A program made the position numbers and the translations under genes. A model generated the notes under the pieces. That model worked only from the letters and a program-made list of their open reading frames with translations. It did no database searches and was not told the origin of the DNA. 64,000 nucleotides of DNA from an uncultured Methanosarcinales archaeon (GTDB lineage Archaea > Nanobdellota > Nanobdellia > Woesearchaeales > CAYMBN01). Below are positions 21,401-30,696 of the stretch, one piece after another. Within the stretch, counting starts at the first letter, position 1, and the number at the start of each line of letters is the position of its first letter. The stretch spans positions 62,001 to 126,000 of the forward strand of contig CAYMBN010000003.1 in the NCBI GenBank assembly GCA_964388715.1, written 5' to 3'.

Positions 21401-21487
21401 CAGAAAGAAGAACCTGAACCAGAACCTGAACCAGAACCTGCTCCTGAACCAGAGCCAGAAGCAAGTGGAAATAATGAGGTGGTATAA
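18461..21487 (+). CDS. Large secreted Cys-rich protein with Pro/Glu-rich termini and central coiled coil
   Basis: Signal peptide; PEP/HEP low-complexity repeats at both ends; dozens of spaced Cys. Confidence 0.8.
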   Translation: MKKFLSILVILILACSFVVFAEGEEGGNVAPAPEPAPEPPKEEPAPAPEPEPVHEPEPRHEPVPMPEPINDFKEPEPMHEPPMDDHMPEPVHYDDDMHHEPPKDDHMHEPMPYEGPKPYEEFRDEFDQHDDRHKEFDNVGEGFDDFYDKKPYDDRMPRPEPMPYEDHRHDEPEREGCWVGDRQVPCPGQGRADFKERHDVREGCKEIFDPVSGTIHLECEKRFERECPPFDEGKKEECDKNGGFPEVRRNHRGCEFVECRFEEQKEKDFFETSERECPSSEEMDRVSAKCKSMGMDSVIKRDGYCEHVECVDEYKDFEDKGKRCAEDDPGFRRKIRDECTEGGGRPVKDFDPMGCPITKCVHSEEDREQFCKKDIPKEVYEQCEKDGGREVAQRDEHGCVVFSRCVIRGDEKKVKFEKVEKVPEASKVLQIVLKLDALKMELDKLAETVKGIGGYYEENGDETTASNYEKASGMFAATKDKIDEIKAKLKDKLTTMTHQDLYDIKHDVKYIQEVVMKDIIWVMLGGEGSSGATLDEDDFEKAEELRGDEGFVDCGYDEWCFDKQVRVCNPALFKPDEETEVSIRGMVETNCIIKIDREGMGMGCEYPNYAFGIRDKNDLFPHCEGPLKDIIKEYGDDEGPRDDHRKYKKEFKGPKPRKEEWKCCQGLPQACIVKGEESCPLGTRDVQYGECPETFGSDNCVGHTNGEMIFCRETETSAGTCYPGQHGDIVDDGSRPPPDYTNKEERCMMECVPPDVRCGTPSGDAICLKCEKKCTKFYEGPCLTDEKWKEIESDCMNKGSHMETEPVVGESDDGRRCVTGLKCIDRSDEWGDQPAGDCLTDSEYKEKKAGCREKYGSGAGDKPVMGNSGKGYDCIIDIECIDHSLPEPDTSGLDQECIDAGALSQEACDQHLKDVEEVEPKCGDCASKCPGSSSTDCVNGECKCYYEEPEPVVEEEPEPEVEETEPETGAGPETPEPEPEQKEEPEPEPEPEPAPEPEPEASGNNEVV

Positions 21488-21667
21488 ATGAGAAAAGTGA
21501 TTTGTTTTTTACTTTTGATTTTTGTAATCTTTACATTGTTTGGATGTGCAGGAACAGAAGAAAAAGTTGAAACTGCCGAAGAAGCACAAGAAAAGGTTGC
21601 AGAAGTTGGAGAAAGTGTTGACGATATTACATCTGCATTAGATGATATTAGTGAAGATTTAGGTTAA
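21488..21667 (+). CDS. Small lipoprotein (59 aa, not in ORF track)
   Basis: MRKVICFLLLIFVIFTLFGCAGTEE...; lipobox LFGC; ATG directly after the upstream stop. Confidence 0.75.
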   Translation: MRKVICFLLLIFVIFTLFGCAGTEEKVETAEEAQEKVAEVGESVDDITSALDDISEDLG

Positions 21668-21684
21668 TTTATTTTTTTTATTTT

Positions 21685-22278
21685 TTAATTAAAACTTTCT
21701 TTTGAAATTCCTTCTGAAAATATTTCAAACGCTGAAACAGGTTTTTTCTTGTATAAAATGTTTTGTTGATTTGTCATTACATTAAGTCCTAAAGGTTGAA
21801 CACAATCTGCTCCACAACCTAATTGTATCCAAACTCCTTTTTTCTTTTTTCCATGGAATAATCTGTCGACTAAATCTTGATCAACATTAATATTTCCTAA
21901 GTCTGTTTCAATCGAATTTGAATGCCCAATAGTTACAATGCTTTGGTACTCCTCACTATTTAGGACTTTTTCTAAAGTTTCTATGTTTGGGGACAAAAAC
22001 CATTTTGTTTTAATATTGTTCCTTGTAAAATAACCTTCTATCATTGAGGGACCTCTAAAAAAAAGATAATTCATTAATATACCAACATCACTCGATATGA
22101 GGATAGCTGCTTTTTCTTTTGTTTTTAATGCATAATTTTCAGAGTGTTTAAACATGTTATGTAGGATATTGTTGGAATAGTAGCCTAAAGTTAAACTCGC
22201 AATTAAACATGTAATAGTATAAATTATATCTGCTGTATTTTTTTTAAAAGAATCTTTAATTTTTTTAACATATTTCAT
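21685..22278 (-). CDS. Hypothetical protein with N-terminal TM helix
   Basis: 197-aa ORF; no family recognised. Confidence 0.6.
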   Translation of the reverse strand: MKYVKKIKDSFKKNTADIIYTITCLIASLTLGYYSNNILHNMFKHSENYALKTKEKAAILISSDVGILMNYLFFRGPSMIEGYFTRNNIKTKWFLSPNIETLEKVLNSEEYQSIVTIGHSNSIETDLGNINVDQDLVDRLFHGKKKKGVWIQLGCGADCVQPLGLNVMTNQQNILYKKKPVSAFEIFSEGISKESFN

Positions 22279-22321
22279 ATATTGTATTTAGAAAACAAGA
22301 ACTATATTAATTTTACTCAAA

Positions 22322-22377
22322 AACTTTTAGAAATCCTAAAGAATTTCTAAACGGTTTGGAAACTATCTTTCCAAAAC
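22322..22377. repeat. Palindromic element (GAAA...TTTC family) overlapping the dnaJ stop
   Basis: aacttttagaaa...tttctaaac.gttt shared with the 32817 copy; second hairpin tttggaaa-ctatc-tttccaaa. Confidence 0.7.
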
Positions 22378-23481
22378 TTTTCTAAAAAAACCTTTTTTTT
22401 CTTTTTTAATTGTTTTGTCAAGTTCTTTGAGTAAGTCTTTTTGTTTTTTAGTTAATTTTTTAGGAACCTTGACAATTACTTTAACATATTCATCACCTGT
22501 GCCATAACCACGTAGATTAGGAACACCTTTACTTTTCATTCTGAATAAAGTGTTTGTTTGTGTTCCTGCAGGGATTTTTAGTTTTGCCTTGCTCTTTAGT
22601 GTTGGAACTTCTATTTCATCACCAAGAGCAGCTTGTGTGAATGAAATCAATGCTTCTGTGTAAATATCATTACCTTTTCTTTCAAAAGTATTGTGTTCTT
22701 TGACATGCAGAACAACATATAAATCTCCTGATGGGCCGCCGCGTTCACCTGCTTCACCTTCACCTGTTAATCTTAGTTTAGTGCCTGTGTATGCACCTGC
22801 TGGAATTTGGATTTCTAGTTTTGAATTTTTTTTCATTCTGCCTGAACCGTCACACATTTCACAAGGATTTTTGATTACTTTACCTTCACCACCACAATGT
22901 CTACAAGCAGAAGTTGTTGCGAATATTCCAAATGCTGTTCTTTGTGTTCTTTTAACAAAACCAGAACCATTGCATTCTGTACATGTTTTAATATCAGAAT
23001 TAAGTACTGCACCTTTTCCATCACATTTAGTACATTTAACCATTTTTGGTACAATGATATGTTTGGTTGTGCCTTCTGATGCTTCCTCTAAAGTGATTTC
23101 CATATCATAGCGTAAGTCTGATCCTTGTTCTGGTTCATACTGACGTCTTCTACGTCTTGAACCTCCTCCAAAGAAAGTGTCAAAGATACTGTCAAAGTCA
23201 AAACCATGGCCTGACATAAAATCGCTAAAGTCAAAACCATTGAAACCAGAACCACCTGCAAAACCTGGTTCTGCAGTACCAAATCTATCATAATGTGATC
23301 TTTTCTCGTCATCACCTAGGACAGATGCTGCTTCATTGATTTCCTTGAATTTTTCAGTTGCATCTGTATTTTTATTTAAGTCAGGATGATATTTCTTAGC
23401 TAGTTTTTTGTAAGCTCGTTTAATTTCATCCTTTGATGCACTTTTTTCTACTCCTAGGATTTTGTAATAGTCTTTGCTCAT
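22363..23481 (-). CDS. dnaJ: Chaperone DnaJ
   Basis: J domain HPD, G/F region, four CxxCxGxG repeats. Confidence 0.98.
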   Translation of the reverse strand: MSKDYYKILGVEKSASKDEIKRAYKKLAKKYHPDLNKNTDATEKFKEINEAASVLGDDEKRSHYDRFGTAEPGFAGGSGFNGFDFSDFMSGHGFDFDSIFDTFFGGGSRRRRRQYEPEQGSDLRYDMEITLEEASEGTTKHIIVPKMVKCTKCDGKGAVLNSDIKTCTECNGSGFVKRTQRTAFGIFATTSACRHCGGEGKVIKNPCEMCDGSGRMKKNSKLEIQIPAGAYTGTKLRLTGEGEAGERGGPSGDLYVVLHVKEHNTFERKGNDIYTEALISFTQAALGDEIEVPTLKSKAKLKIPAGTQTNTLFRMKSKGVPNLRGYGTGDEYVKVIVKVPKKLTKKQKDLLKELDKTIKKEKKGFFRKVLER

Positions 23482-23630
23482 TATTCATCATACCTTCCTT
23501 TTGGTTTATGTTTTGGATTAGTAATAACATCCTTGATTTCATGAGAAAAGTCAAATGTTTTTCTCATGGAAAGTTTATAAAATACATAAAAACCCAATAT
23601 TACTAGTCCCCACATAATGTATTTGTCCAT
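23481..23630 (-). CDS. Small single-TM protein (49 aa, not in ORF track)
   Basis: [54 protein letters not shown] coupling to dnaJ start. Confidence 0.65.
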   Translation of the reverse strand: MDKYIMWGLVILGFYVFYKLSMRKTFDFSHEIKDVITNPKHKPKGRYDE

Positions 23631-23644
23631 TTTTATTGTAAAGG

Positions 23645-24709
23645 TTATGTTTTATTTAATAATCTTACTATTCCTTCGTTAGCATTTACTTCTACTAGAT
23701 CACCATCTTTGAAGACTTTAGTTGCTATTTTAGTACCAATGATGCATGGTATTTTAAATTCTCTTGAAATGATTGCTGCGTGTGATGTGATACCACCTTC
23801 ATCTGTGATTATTGCAGATGCTTTTTTACATGCAAAAACAATATCTGGTTGTGTCATCCCTGTGATTAATATTTCTCCTTGCTTAAGTTCTTTTGCTTTT
23901 TCAATCATTTCATTGTAATTTGTTTGTGGGATTATCTTTACAATACCTTTAACATGTCCTTTGCTTGCTATTTTCCCGATAATTTTGTTAGTTGGTTTGA
24001 TGTCTTTTTTGATAAGTGAGATGATTTCTTCTGCTTGGTTTCCTGTGACAAGGAACTTTTTACCTTGAATTATACCAAAAACACAAAGCTTTTGTCTTTG
24101 TTTTATTAGTTCAAGTGCTTTTTCTTTTGATAATTCTTTGTTTATTAATGATTTAATTTCATTGTTAGTTAGGTTTTCCATTTGTTTAAGTTCAAGACCT
24201 ATTTTTTCTGCTGTTTCTTGTTTTAATTTCTCAGCTCTTTTTTCTGCATTAAACCAAACTTCTTTTAATTTAAATCTTAGCTCACCATATTTTTTGATGA
24301 GGTTTTTTACATATTCTTGATTGGTTTTGTCTTCTATTAATTCAAATATTTCTGGTCTTGATGCTCTGTAAAATGAAAGTAGTTCTTCTAGTAATTTTGA
24401 ATATTCAAATAAATCGTTTGGGATTACTTTTATGTTTTCTATGGCTTGAAGTGCTGCTTCTTCATGTAATTCCATATATTCTTTTGACAAAAGTTTGTTT
24501 TTTCTTTCTTGTTTGAGTTTTTCAAGTTCTTGTTCTGAAAAATATGCTTCTTCACTTGTGTTTGAATAGATGTGAAGTGTGTCTTGGTTTTCATATCCTA
24601 ATCTCTCTTTGAATTTGATATGTGTGTCAATAAGTCTATCAAGAAGCCAGATTGGAAAATGGAATTCCCAGAGTTTTCTCCATTTGATTGGTTGGATTTT
24701 GTTGATCAT
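23645..24709 (-). CDS. PEP-utilising enzyme mobile (phosphohistidine) domain protein
   Basis: C-terminal GEILIT.MT.PD...AIITDEGGITSHAAIISRE..IPC. Confidence 0.85.
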   Translation of the reverse strand: MINKIQPIKWRKLWEFHFPIWLLDRLIDTHIKFKERLGYENQDTLHIYSNTSEEAYFSEQELEKLKQERKNKLLSKEYMELHEEAALQAIENIKVIPNDLFEYSKLLEELLSFYRASRPEIFELIEDKTNQEYVKNLIKKYGELRFKLKEVWFNAEKRAEKLKQETAEKIGLELKQMENLTNNEIKSLINKELSKEKALELIKQRQKLCVFGIIQGKKFLVTGNQAEEIISLIKKDIKPTNKIIGKIASKGHVKGIVKIIPQTNYNEMIEKAKELKQGEILITGMTQPDIVFACKKASAIITDEGGITSHAAIISREFKIPCIIGTKIATKVFKDGDLVEVNANEGIVRLLNKT

Positions 24710-25341
24710 TTTAGTTCATCTTCAACCTCCTCTAAACTTTTGATTGATTTCATGTTTGGATATTTGTTTTTTCTGTCGATTAGGATGGTTTTCATGCCGA
24801 GTTTTTGTGCTGGTTCAATGTCATCAGTAGGATTGTCTCCTATCATAACACATTCCTCTGGTTTTATATTGTATTTTTTTAATATTAATTTGAATATTTC
24901 TTGGTCTGGTTTGATTAAGCCAGTGTCAAAAGACGTGATAATGTAATCAAAGTATTTTTGTAAGCCTGTTTCTAGGAATTTTTCATATGATAATGATAAT
25001 GTGTTTGTGAGAAGCACTAGTTTGTATTTTTGAGAGAGTTGTTTGAGGACTTTTTCTGCTTCTGGGAACGGTTTAGGATTTTGAAAAACACTTGTTCTTA
25101 GTTTTACAACATGATCAACAATTTCTTTTGTTGGTTGAACACCAATTTCTTTCAGAATTTCTCTATATGGTTCTTCAAGACTATTCCATTTTCTTACATG
25201 TGCGTGTTTTTCATAGATTTTGATGACTTTTTTATGATTTAGGTTTAAATTAAGGTATTTAAGCATAGCTTTATTCCCACCTTTACTATGATCTTTCCAA
25301 ATTATAGTATTCCATAAATCAAATATGATTATTTGAATCAT
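24706..25341 (-). CDS. HAD-superfamily hydrolase
   Basis: IIFDLWNT, LLTN, KPD and MIGDN...D motifs. Confidence 0.9.
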   Translation of the reverse strand: MIQIIIFDLWNTIIWKDHSKGGNKAMLKYLNLNLNHKKVIKIYEKHAHVRKWNSLEEPYREILKEIGVQPTKEIVDHVVKLRTSVFQNPKPFPEAEKVLKQLSQKYKLVLLTNTLSLSYEKFLETGLQKYFDYIITSFDTGLIKPDQEIFKLILKKYNIKPEECVMIGDNPTDDIEPAQKLGMKTILIDRKNKYPNMKSIKSLEEVEDELK

Positions 25342-25378
25342 TCTTTTTTGTTTTTAATTAAAAAAATAATAAAAAAAA

Positions 25379-27247
25379 TTATTTTTTATCTTCTTTTTCT
25401 TCCTTAAAGTCAGCGTCTACAACATCGTCGTCTTTCTTCTTCTTTTCTTTTGCTTGTTCTTTTTGTTGCTTTTTTGCTTGCTCTGCTGCTGCTTTCTGAT
25501 ACATTTCTGTTGCAGCTTCTTGTGCAAACTTTTCAACTTCTTCAAGCTTCTTTTTAATCTTTTCAATGTCTTTTTTCTCTGGTTTCATTAGTTCTTTAAG
25601 TTCGTCAACATGTTTTTTAATAGGTTCAAGTTTTTTCTTGTCAACTTTGCTTTCCATGTCTTTCATTGTTTTTTCTGTTGTATAAATCATTGCATCTGCT
25701 TTGTTGATTGTTTCGATTTCTTCTTTACGTTTCTTGTCTTCTTCTGCGTGTGCTTCTGCTTCTTTTTTCATCTTTTCTACATCTTCATCACTTAGTTTTT
25801 GTGCAGATGTAACTGTGATTTGTTGTTGTTTACCTGTTCCAAGATCTTTTGCACTTACATTAACAATTCCGTTAGCGTCAATGTCAAATGTTACCTCGAT
25901 TTGTGGTATTCCTCTTGGTGCAGGTGGGATTCCTACTAAATCAAACCTTCCAAGTGACTTGTTGTCAGCTGACATTGGACGTTCTCCTTGCAGTACATTG
26001 ATTGTTACAGCAGGTTGATTGTCTGCAGCAGTGCTAAAAATCTGTGATTTTTTTGTTGGAATTGTAGTGTTTCTTTGAATTAGAGGTGTTCTTACTCCTC
26101 CAAGTGTTTCAATACCTAGTGTTAATGGAGTTACGTCAAGTAATAAAACATCTTTTACTTCTCCTGCAAGAACTCCTGCTTGGATTGCAGCACCTTTTGC
26201 AACACATTCCATTGGGTCAACACCATGTTCAACTTTTTTTCCAACAATATCTTCAACAAACTTTTGTACAATTGGCATTCTTGTTGGACCACCAACCATT
26301 ACAATTTTGTTGATATCTTTTGCTGTTAATTTAGCGTCTTGAAGTGCTTGTTCAATTGGATGTCTGCAACGTTCTATTACTGGTTTGACAAGTTCTTCAA
26401 CTTGTGCTCTTCTTAATTTCATTACAAAATGTTTTGGTCCTTGATCATTTGCTGTTAAGAATGGTAGATTAATTTCTGTTTCCATTGTTGTTGAAAGTTC
26501 AATCTTTGCTTTTTCAGCTGCTTCTGTTAAACGTTGCATTGCAGTTGCATCTTTGCTTAAATCAATTCCTTCTTTTTGCTTGAAATCATCCACAAGGGAT
26601 TTTGTCAATGCTTCATCCATATCTGTTCCGCCTAATTGTGTGTCTCCGCTTGTTGATTTTACTTCAAAAACACCTTGACCAAATTCCATGATTGTTACAT
26701 CTAATGTACCACCACCAAGGTCAAATACAAGTATTTTATGTTCTTTATCACTTTTGTCAAGTCCGTATGCAAGTGATGCAGCAGTTGGTTCATTAATAAT
26801 TCTTACAACTTCTAAACCAGCAATCTTACCAGCATCTTTTGTTGCTTGTCTTTGATTATCATCAAAGTAAGCAGGTACTGTGATAACTGCTTTTTCTACT
26901 TTTGTTCCTAAGAAAGCTTCTGTATCTTTCTTAATCTTCTGTAGAATAAATGCAGATATTTGTTGTGGTGTGTATTCTTTTGAGTTTACTGTGTATTTGT
27001 GTGTGGTACCCATTTTACGTTTTGCAGCAGTGATTGTTCCTTTTGGATTACTTACTGCTTGACGTCTAGCTGGTTCACCAACTAACATGTGTCCGTCTTT
27101 TGCAAATGCGACAATGCTTGGAAAAGCTTTCCCATACATTGAAACTCCTTCAGCACTTGGAACCATAACAGGTCTGCCTGCTTCTAGCACAGAAGCTGCA
27201 CTATTACTTGTTCCAAGATCAATTCCGATAATTTTTTCTTTTGACAT
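25379..27247 (-). CDS. dnaK: Chaperone DnaK (Hsp70)
   Basis: [17 protein letters not shown] and DLGGGT motifs. Confidence 0.98.
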   Translation of the reverse strand: MSKEKIIGIDLGTSNSAASVLEAGRPVMVPSAEGVSMYGKAFPSIVAFAKDGHMLVGEPARRQAVSNPKGTITAAKRKMGTTHKYTVNSKEYTPQQISAFILQKIKKDTEAFLGTKVEKAVITVPAYFDDNQRQATKDAGKIAGLEVVRIINEPTAASLAYGLDKSDKEHKILVFDLGGGTLDVTIMEFGQGVFEVKSTSGDTQLGGTDMDEALTKSLVDDFKQKEGIDLSKDATAMQRLTEAAEKAKIELSTTMETEINLPFLTANDQGPKHFVMKLRRAQVEELVKPVIERCRHPIEQALQDAKLTAKDINKIVMVGGPTRMPIVQKFVEDIVGKKVEHGVDPMECVAKGAAIQAGVLAGEVKDVLLLDVTPLTLGIETLGGVRTPLIQRNTTIPTKKSQIFSTAADNQPAVTINVLQGERPMSADNKSLGRFDLVGIPPAPRGIPQIEVTFDIDANGIVNVSAKDLGTGKQQQITVTSAQKLSDEDVEKMKKEAEAHAEEDKKRKEEIETINKADAMIYTTEKTMKDMESKVDKKKLEPIKKHVDELKELMKPEKKDIEKIKKKLEEVEKFAQEAATEMYQKAAAEQAKKQQKEQAKEKKKKDDDVVDADFKEEKEDKK

Positions 27248-27249
27248 TT

Positions 27250-27873
27250 TTATTCTTCCTCCAATTTAATTTCAAGTTTTATTAAATCTTGTTTTAATTG
27301 TTCTTTATTTTTGAATAGGATCGTATTAAAACCAAGTTCTCTTGCAGGTTTTAAATTTCTTTCTTTATCGTCAATGAATAATGTTTCTTGTGGTTTAATT
27401 TGAAATCTTTCAATAGCTATATTAAATATTTTTACATCTGGTTTTTTTATTCCTTCTTCGTATGAAGTTACAATTTCTTCAAAATATTTATCAAGTTGAT
27501 ATTTTTCTTTTTTATATTCAAACCATTCTTTAGCTGTGTTAGCAATTGAAAATAGTTTGTAATTTTTCTTAAGTTTTTTTATAAGTGGGAATAAATCATT
27601 AATTGGTTTTTGATGTTTTCTCCATAATGATTTTGCAAGTTCAATATCTATATTTTTTACTCCTGATTCTGTAAAGAATATTTTCCAAAATTCATTTTCA
27701 CTTATTTTTCCTGTTTCAAATTTTGGCCAAATCATGTACCAAGCTTTTTTTTCATTTTCTTCATTAATATTAAAATGTTTACGGAATTCTTTTACAAAGT
27801 CATTTAAACCATTTCCTTGAAAATCATTTGTTAATACAACATTTCCAAGGTCAAATATTATGTTTTTGATCAT
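27250..27873 (-). CDS. HAD-superfamily phosphatase
   Basis: [12 protein letters not shown] and FIDD...N motifs. Confidence 0.9.
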   Translation of the reverse strand: MIKNIIFDLGNVVLTNDFQGNGLNDFVKEFRKHFNINEENEKKAWYMIWPKFETGKISENEFWKIFFTESGVKNIDIELAKSLWRKHQKPINDLFPLIKKLKKNYKLFSIANTAKEWFEYKKEKYQLDKYFEEIVTSYEEGIKKPDVKIFNIAIERFQIKPQETLFIDDKERNLKPARELGFNTILFKNKEQLKQDLIKLEIKLEEE

Positions 27874-28460
27874 TTTAAATCAACTTTATCCCATTTTTCA
27901 TATGAATGTAAAAATTTGTCTATTAATTTTAAATCATCTTTAATTAGGTTTCTTGCTGTTTTGGTTTGTATTTTTTCTATTGTGTCTTTCATTTGTTCTT
28001 TTGTTATAGCTAATGATTCATTAAGATTTTTCTGGTCTATTCCACAATTACATGTTAATATTCTTGTAAATCCAAATGGACCTAATCCTTGAAGCATATC
28101 TGCATCATAAGTGACTTTTGCTTCAATTGTTTTTGCTTCGTGGACTCTTTTTGAGCTGTGGCAGATAATACAATGTTTAACTTTTTCAATAAATTCATCA
28201 TCAAATCCTATTGATTTAAGGAATTCTGAAGCAAGTTTTGCACCTGTTTCATTGTGTTTTTCAAAAGTAATACTTTGTCCAACATCATGTAACCATGCTG
28301 TAACAAGGCATACATCTTTATCTGCGCCTTCTTTTTCTGCGAGATATTGTGAAAGTTTGACTGCTCTGATTATGTGGTTGATGTCATGATTATAATCTGA
28401 ATTTTTGTGTTTTTCTCGTGCAAATTCTTCAATTTTTTTTAATTGTTCTTGGGTTATCAT
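27870..28460 (-). CDS. HD-domain phosphohydrolase
   Basis: HDINH..R, WLHDVG and DAD motifs. Confidence 0.9.
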   Translation of the reverse strand: MITQEQLKKIEEFAREKHKNSDYNHDINHIIRAVKLSQYLAEKEGADKDVCLVTAWLHDVGQSITFEKHNETGAKLASEFLKSIGFDDEFIEKVKHCIICHSSKRVHEAKTIEAKVTYDADMLQGLGPFGFTRILTCNCGIDQKNLNESLAITKEQMKDTIEKIQTKTARNLIKDDLKLIDKFLHSYEKWDKVDLK

Positions 28461-28761
28461 CCTTAATCATTCCTCTCAATTCATCAACTCTTTCTTGCTT
28501 GAGTATCTTTCTTGGTTGTTTCATGTTTTTCATGAAAGATATTATATGGCAGACTTCGAGTAATTTTGTGATCTTCTTGTTTAGGTTGTCTTTTTCTTCT
28601 GGTTTTAATGAACCAATTGCTTCGTAAAGACTTTGATCATATACATATAACTCAATATTATTTGGTTTGCACATGATAAGTGTGTCAAGTTTTTCGTTTG
28701 TTCCTAAAAAATATTTAAGCAAATCCTGTGCTTTTAACATCATTGTTTGTTTTTGTTTCAT
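28429..28761 (-). CDS. Hypothetical protein (possibly degenerate PIN fold)
   Basis: Overlaps both neighbours; LLKYFLG...LYVYDQSLYEA loosely PIN-like. Confidence 0.55.
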   Translation of the reverse strand: MKQKQTMMLKAQDLLKYFLGTNEKLDTLIMCKPNNIELYVYDQSLYEAIGSLKPEEKDNLNKKITKLLEVCHIISFMKNMKQPRKILKQERVDELRGMIKDDNPRTIKKN

Positions 28762-29162
28762 TATTTGTTCACCTCTAGGTATTTCTCTAAAATTTTGTTT
28801 TGAAAAAATGCAAGTTTTATTTTTCTTGCTTCTTGAATATCAAACCATTTACATTCTTTAACTTCTTTTGGGTCAATCTTGATTTCTGTTGAAGTTGGTG
28901 TTGCAATGAAGAATAATGCAACATAATGTCTGTCAGAGAGTATTTCATCACAATATGTTAGGAATTTTACATCAACATCAAGTCCAACTTCTTCTTTAAC
29001 TTCTCTTTTTATTGCGTCTTCTGCTTTTTCACCAAATTCAATCCATCCGCCAGGTGTTGTCCAATAATCATAAAAAGGTTCATGGTTCCGTTTAGCTAAA
29101 AGGATTTTATTATCTTTGATTATTAATGCTCCTGTTGTAGGTCTTAATATTTTTTCAGTCAT
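28761..29162 (-). CDS. Nudix hydrolase
   Basis: Nudix box GWIEFGEKAEDAIKREVKEEVG. Confidence 0.93.
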   Translation of the reverse strand: MTEKILRPTTGALIIKDNKILLAKRNHEPFYDYWTTPGGWIEFGEKAEDAIKREVKEEVGLDVDVKFLTYCDEILSDRHYVALFFIATPTSTEIKIDPKEVKECKWFDIQEARKIKLAFFQNKILEKYLEVNK

Positions 29163-29662
29163 TTTAACACCTCATAATTGAGTATTTTCTTGAGTATTTT
29201 TTTATCTTTGATAAGTTCATTAAGTTTTCCACCTGGAATTGTTTTTCCACCTGAATCAAGGTATGTTTTCCATTGACGTATTGATTCTGGATCATATTCA
29301 TTAACAAAGTAATTTGATGTAAACCAGATTGCAATGTTTTCACCATGTTCACTGCAAGTTCCTAGTTTACATAGTAAAGGTTTGACAGGGTGTATTTTGC
29401 ACAAATTGTTGTGTAAAAAAATACACCTGCCAAAGGGCTTTTTTGTTAACTTTGGTTTGAATAGTTTTGTGTTAAACTTTTCAACCTCTTTAAGATATTT
29501 TTTTTTCAGTTGTTCCTCGGAGATGTTTAGGAATTTTGAAATTTTCTGGATGTCTTCTTTGATAAGGAAACCACTGTCAAATTTACAGCAATGACCACAT
29601 TTTTTACAGTCTTCACCTAGTTTAAGGATTTCTTTAAGCGGAGTTTTTCTTGTGATGTTCAT
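29159..29662 (-). CDS. YkgJ-family (CxxCxxCC) cysteine-cluster protein
   Basis: CKKCGHCC...CIFL...CKIHPVKPLLC. Confidence 0.85.
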   Translation of the reverse strand: MNITRKTPLKEILKLGEDCKKCGHCCKFDSGFLIKEDIQKISKFLNISEEQLKKKYLKEVEKFNTKLFKPKLTKKPFGRCIFLHNNLCKIHPVKPLLCKLGTCSEHGENIAIWFTSNYFVNEYDPESIRQWKTYLDSGGKTIPGGKLNELIKDKKILKKILNYEVLK

Positions 29663-30120
29663 TTCTTGCTTACCTTTACCTTTGATGTTCTTAAAACACA
29701 GTCACTTAGCATGTATCCTTTCTGAAGCTCTTCTAAGATTGTATCTTCTTGTTTATTTGATTTTTCTGAGAGTAAAACTTCGTGGATTCTTGGGTTTAAT
29801 TTGTCACCTGGTTTTACTGTGATTGGTTTAACTCCTTCTGATTTGAGTAAGTTGATTATGTTTGCATAAATCAAATCAATTCCTTTGGTGAATTCCTCTA
29901 CTTTTTCTTGATTTTTTAATGCAATCTCAAAACTGTCAATAATTGTAAGTAATTTTTCAATTAATTTGTGGTTAGCGTATTTAATAAACTCTTGTTTTTC
30001 TGTTTCAACTCTTTTTTTGTAGTTTTCAAAGTCAGCTTGGACTCTTTGAAGTGTTTCTGTGAGTTCCTTGATCTTATCTTTTGGGTCTATTTTCTTTTCT
30101 TTTTTTGATTTCTTTGTCAT
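29659..30120 (-). CDS. grpE: Nucleotide exchange factor GrpE
   Basis: QADFENYKKR and QKGY motifs. Confidence 0.95.
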   Translation of the reverse strand: MTKKSKKEKKIDPKDKIKELTETLQRVQADFENYKKRVETEKQEFIKYANHKLIEKLLTIIDSFEIALKNQEKVEEFTKGIDLIYANIINLLKSEGVKPITVKPGDKLNPRIHEVLLSEKSNKQEDTILEELQKGYMLSDCVLRTSKVKVSKK

Positions 30121-30125
30121 TTATA

Positions 30126-30578
30126 TCACTCAATATCAATCTTTTTTGATTCAAGCTTTTTTAGTTTAAGCATTGTTATTGTTAACAGACCGTTTTCCAT
30201 TTTTGCAGTAACTTTTTCTGGTTCAACTTGTGCTGGAAGTGGTAAAACTCTTTGGAAATTTGAGTAACGTCTTTCTTGTTTGAAGAAACCTTTGTTTTTA
30301 ACTTCTGTTTCTTGTTTTGTTTTTGTGCTTATTTCTAAAGAATAGTCTGTTACATTCAATTGAATGTCATTTTTATTGATTCCTGGTAGTTCGATTGAAG
30401 CAATAACTTCTGTGTCTGTTTCAACAATATCACTTAATGGTTTTCTTGTCATTAATTGTTGTGTTTTTTTGTCAATATCTTGTGTTAGTCTTTTGCCGGG
30501 CTCATTAAAATAGCTCACAAAGATGTGATCCATCTCATCACGCATCCTTTTTAGTTCATCAAAAATATCATGTACCAT
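30126..30578 (-). CDS. hsp20: Small heat shock protein (Hsp20)
   Basis: ELPG...ER.Y..F.R...LP...A.MENGLL alpha-crystallin motif. Confidence 0.93.
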   Translation of the reverse strand: MVHDIFDELKRMRDEMDHIFVSYFNEPGKRLTQDIDKKTQQLMTRKPLSDIVETDTEVIASIELPGINKNDIQLNVTDYSLEISTKTKQETEVKNKGFFKQERRYSNFQRVLPLPAQVEPEKVTAKMENGLLTITMLKLKKLESKKIDIE

Positions 30579-30600
30579 TTTTATTGCACCTCACATGCCT

Positions 30601-30617
30601 GTTGACTTAAAGTCAAC
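30601..30617. promoter_or_regulatory. Perfect inverted repeat GTTGACTT-A-AAGTCAAC, candidate operator of the heat-shock operon
   Basis: About 25 nt downstream of the minus-strand TATA box (TTTAAATA near 30645-30652), at the expected hsp20 start site. Confidence 0.65.
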
Positions 30618-30696
30618 GAGTTAATATTAAGATGAACTAACTTATATTTAAATGTTTCGGAAAAAGTTTATAAAGGGCAAAATCTTACCTTGTTTT

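Noticed and set aside
18491..21464. Antisense and alternate-frame ORFs in the Cys-rich gene, and similar shadows over dnaK, dnaJ, lysS and S-layer genes
   Set aside because: Shadows of biased codon usage and low-complexity repeats in well-supported genes
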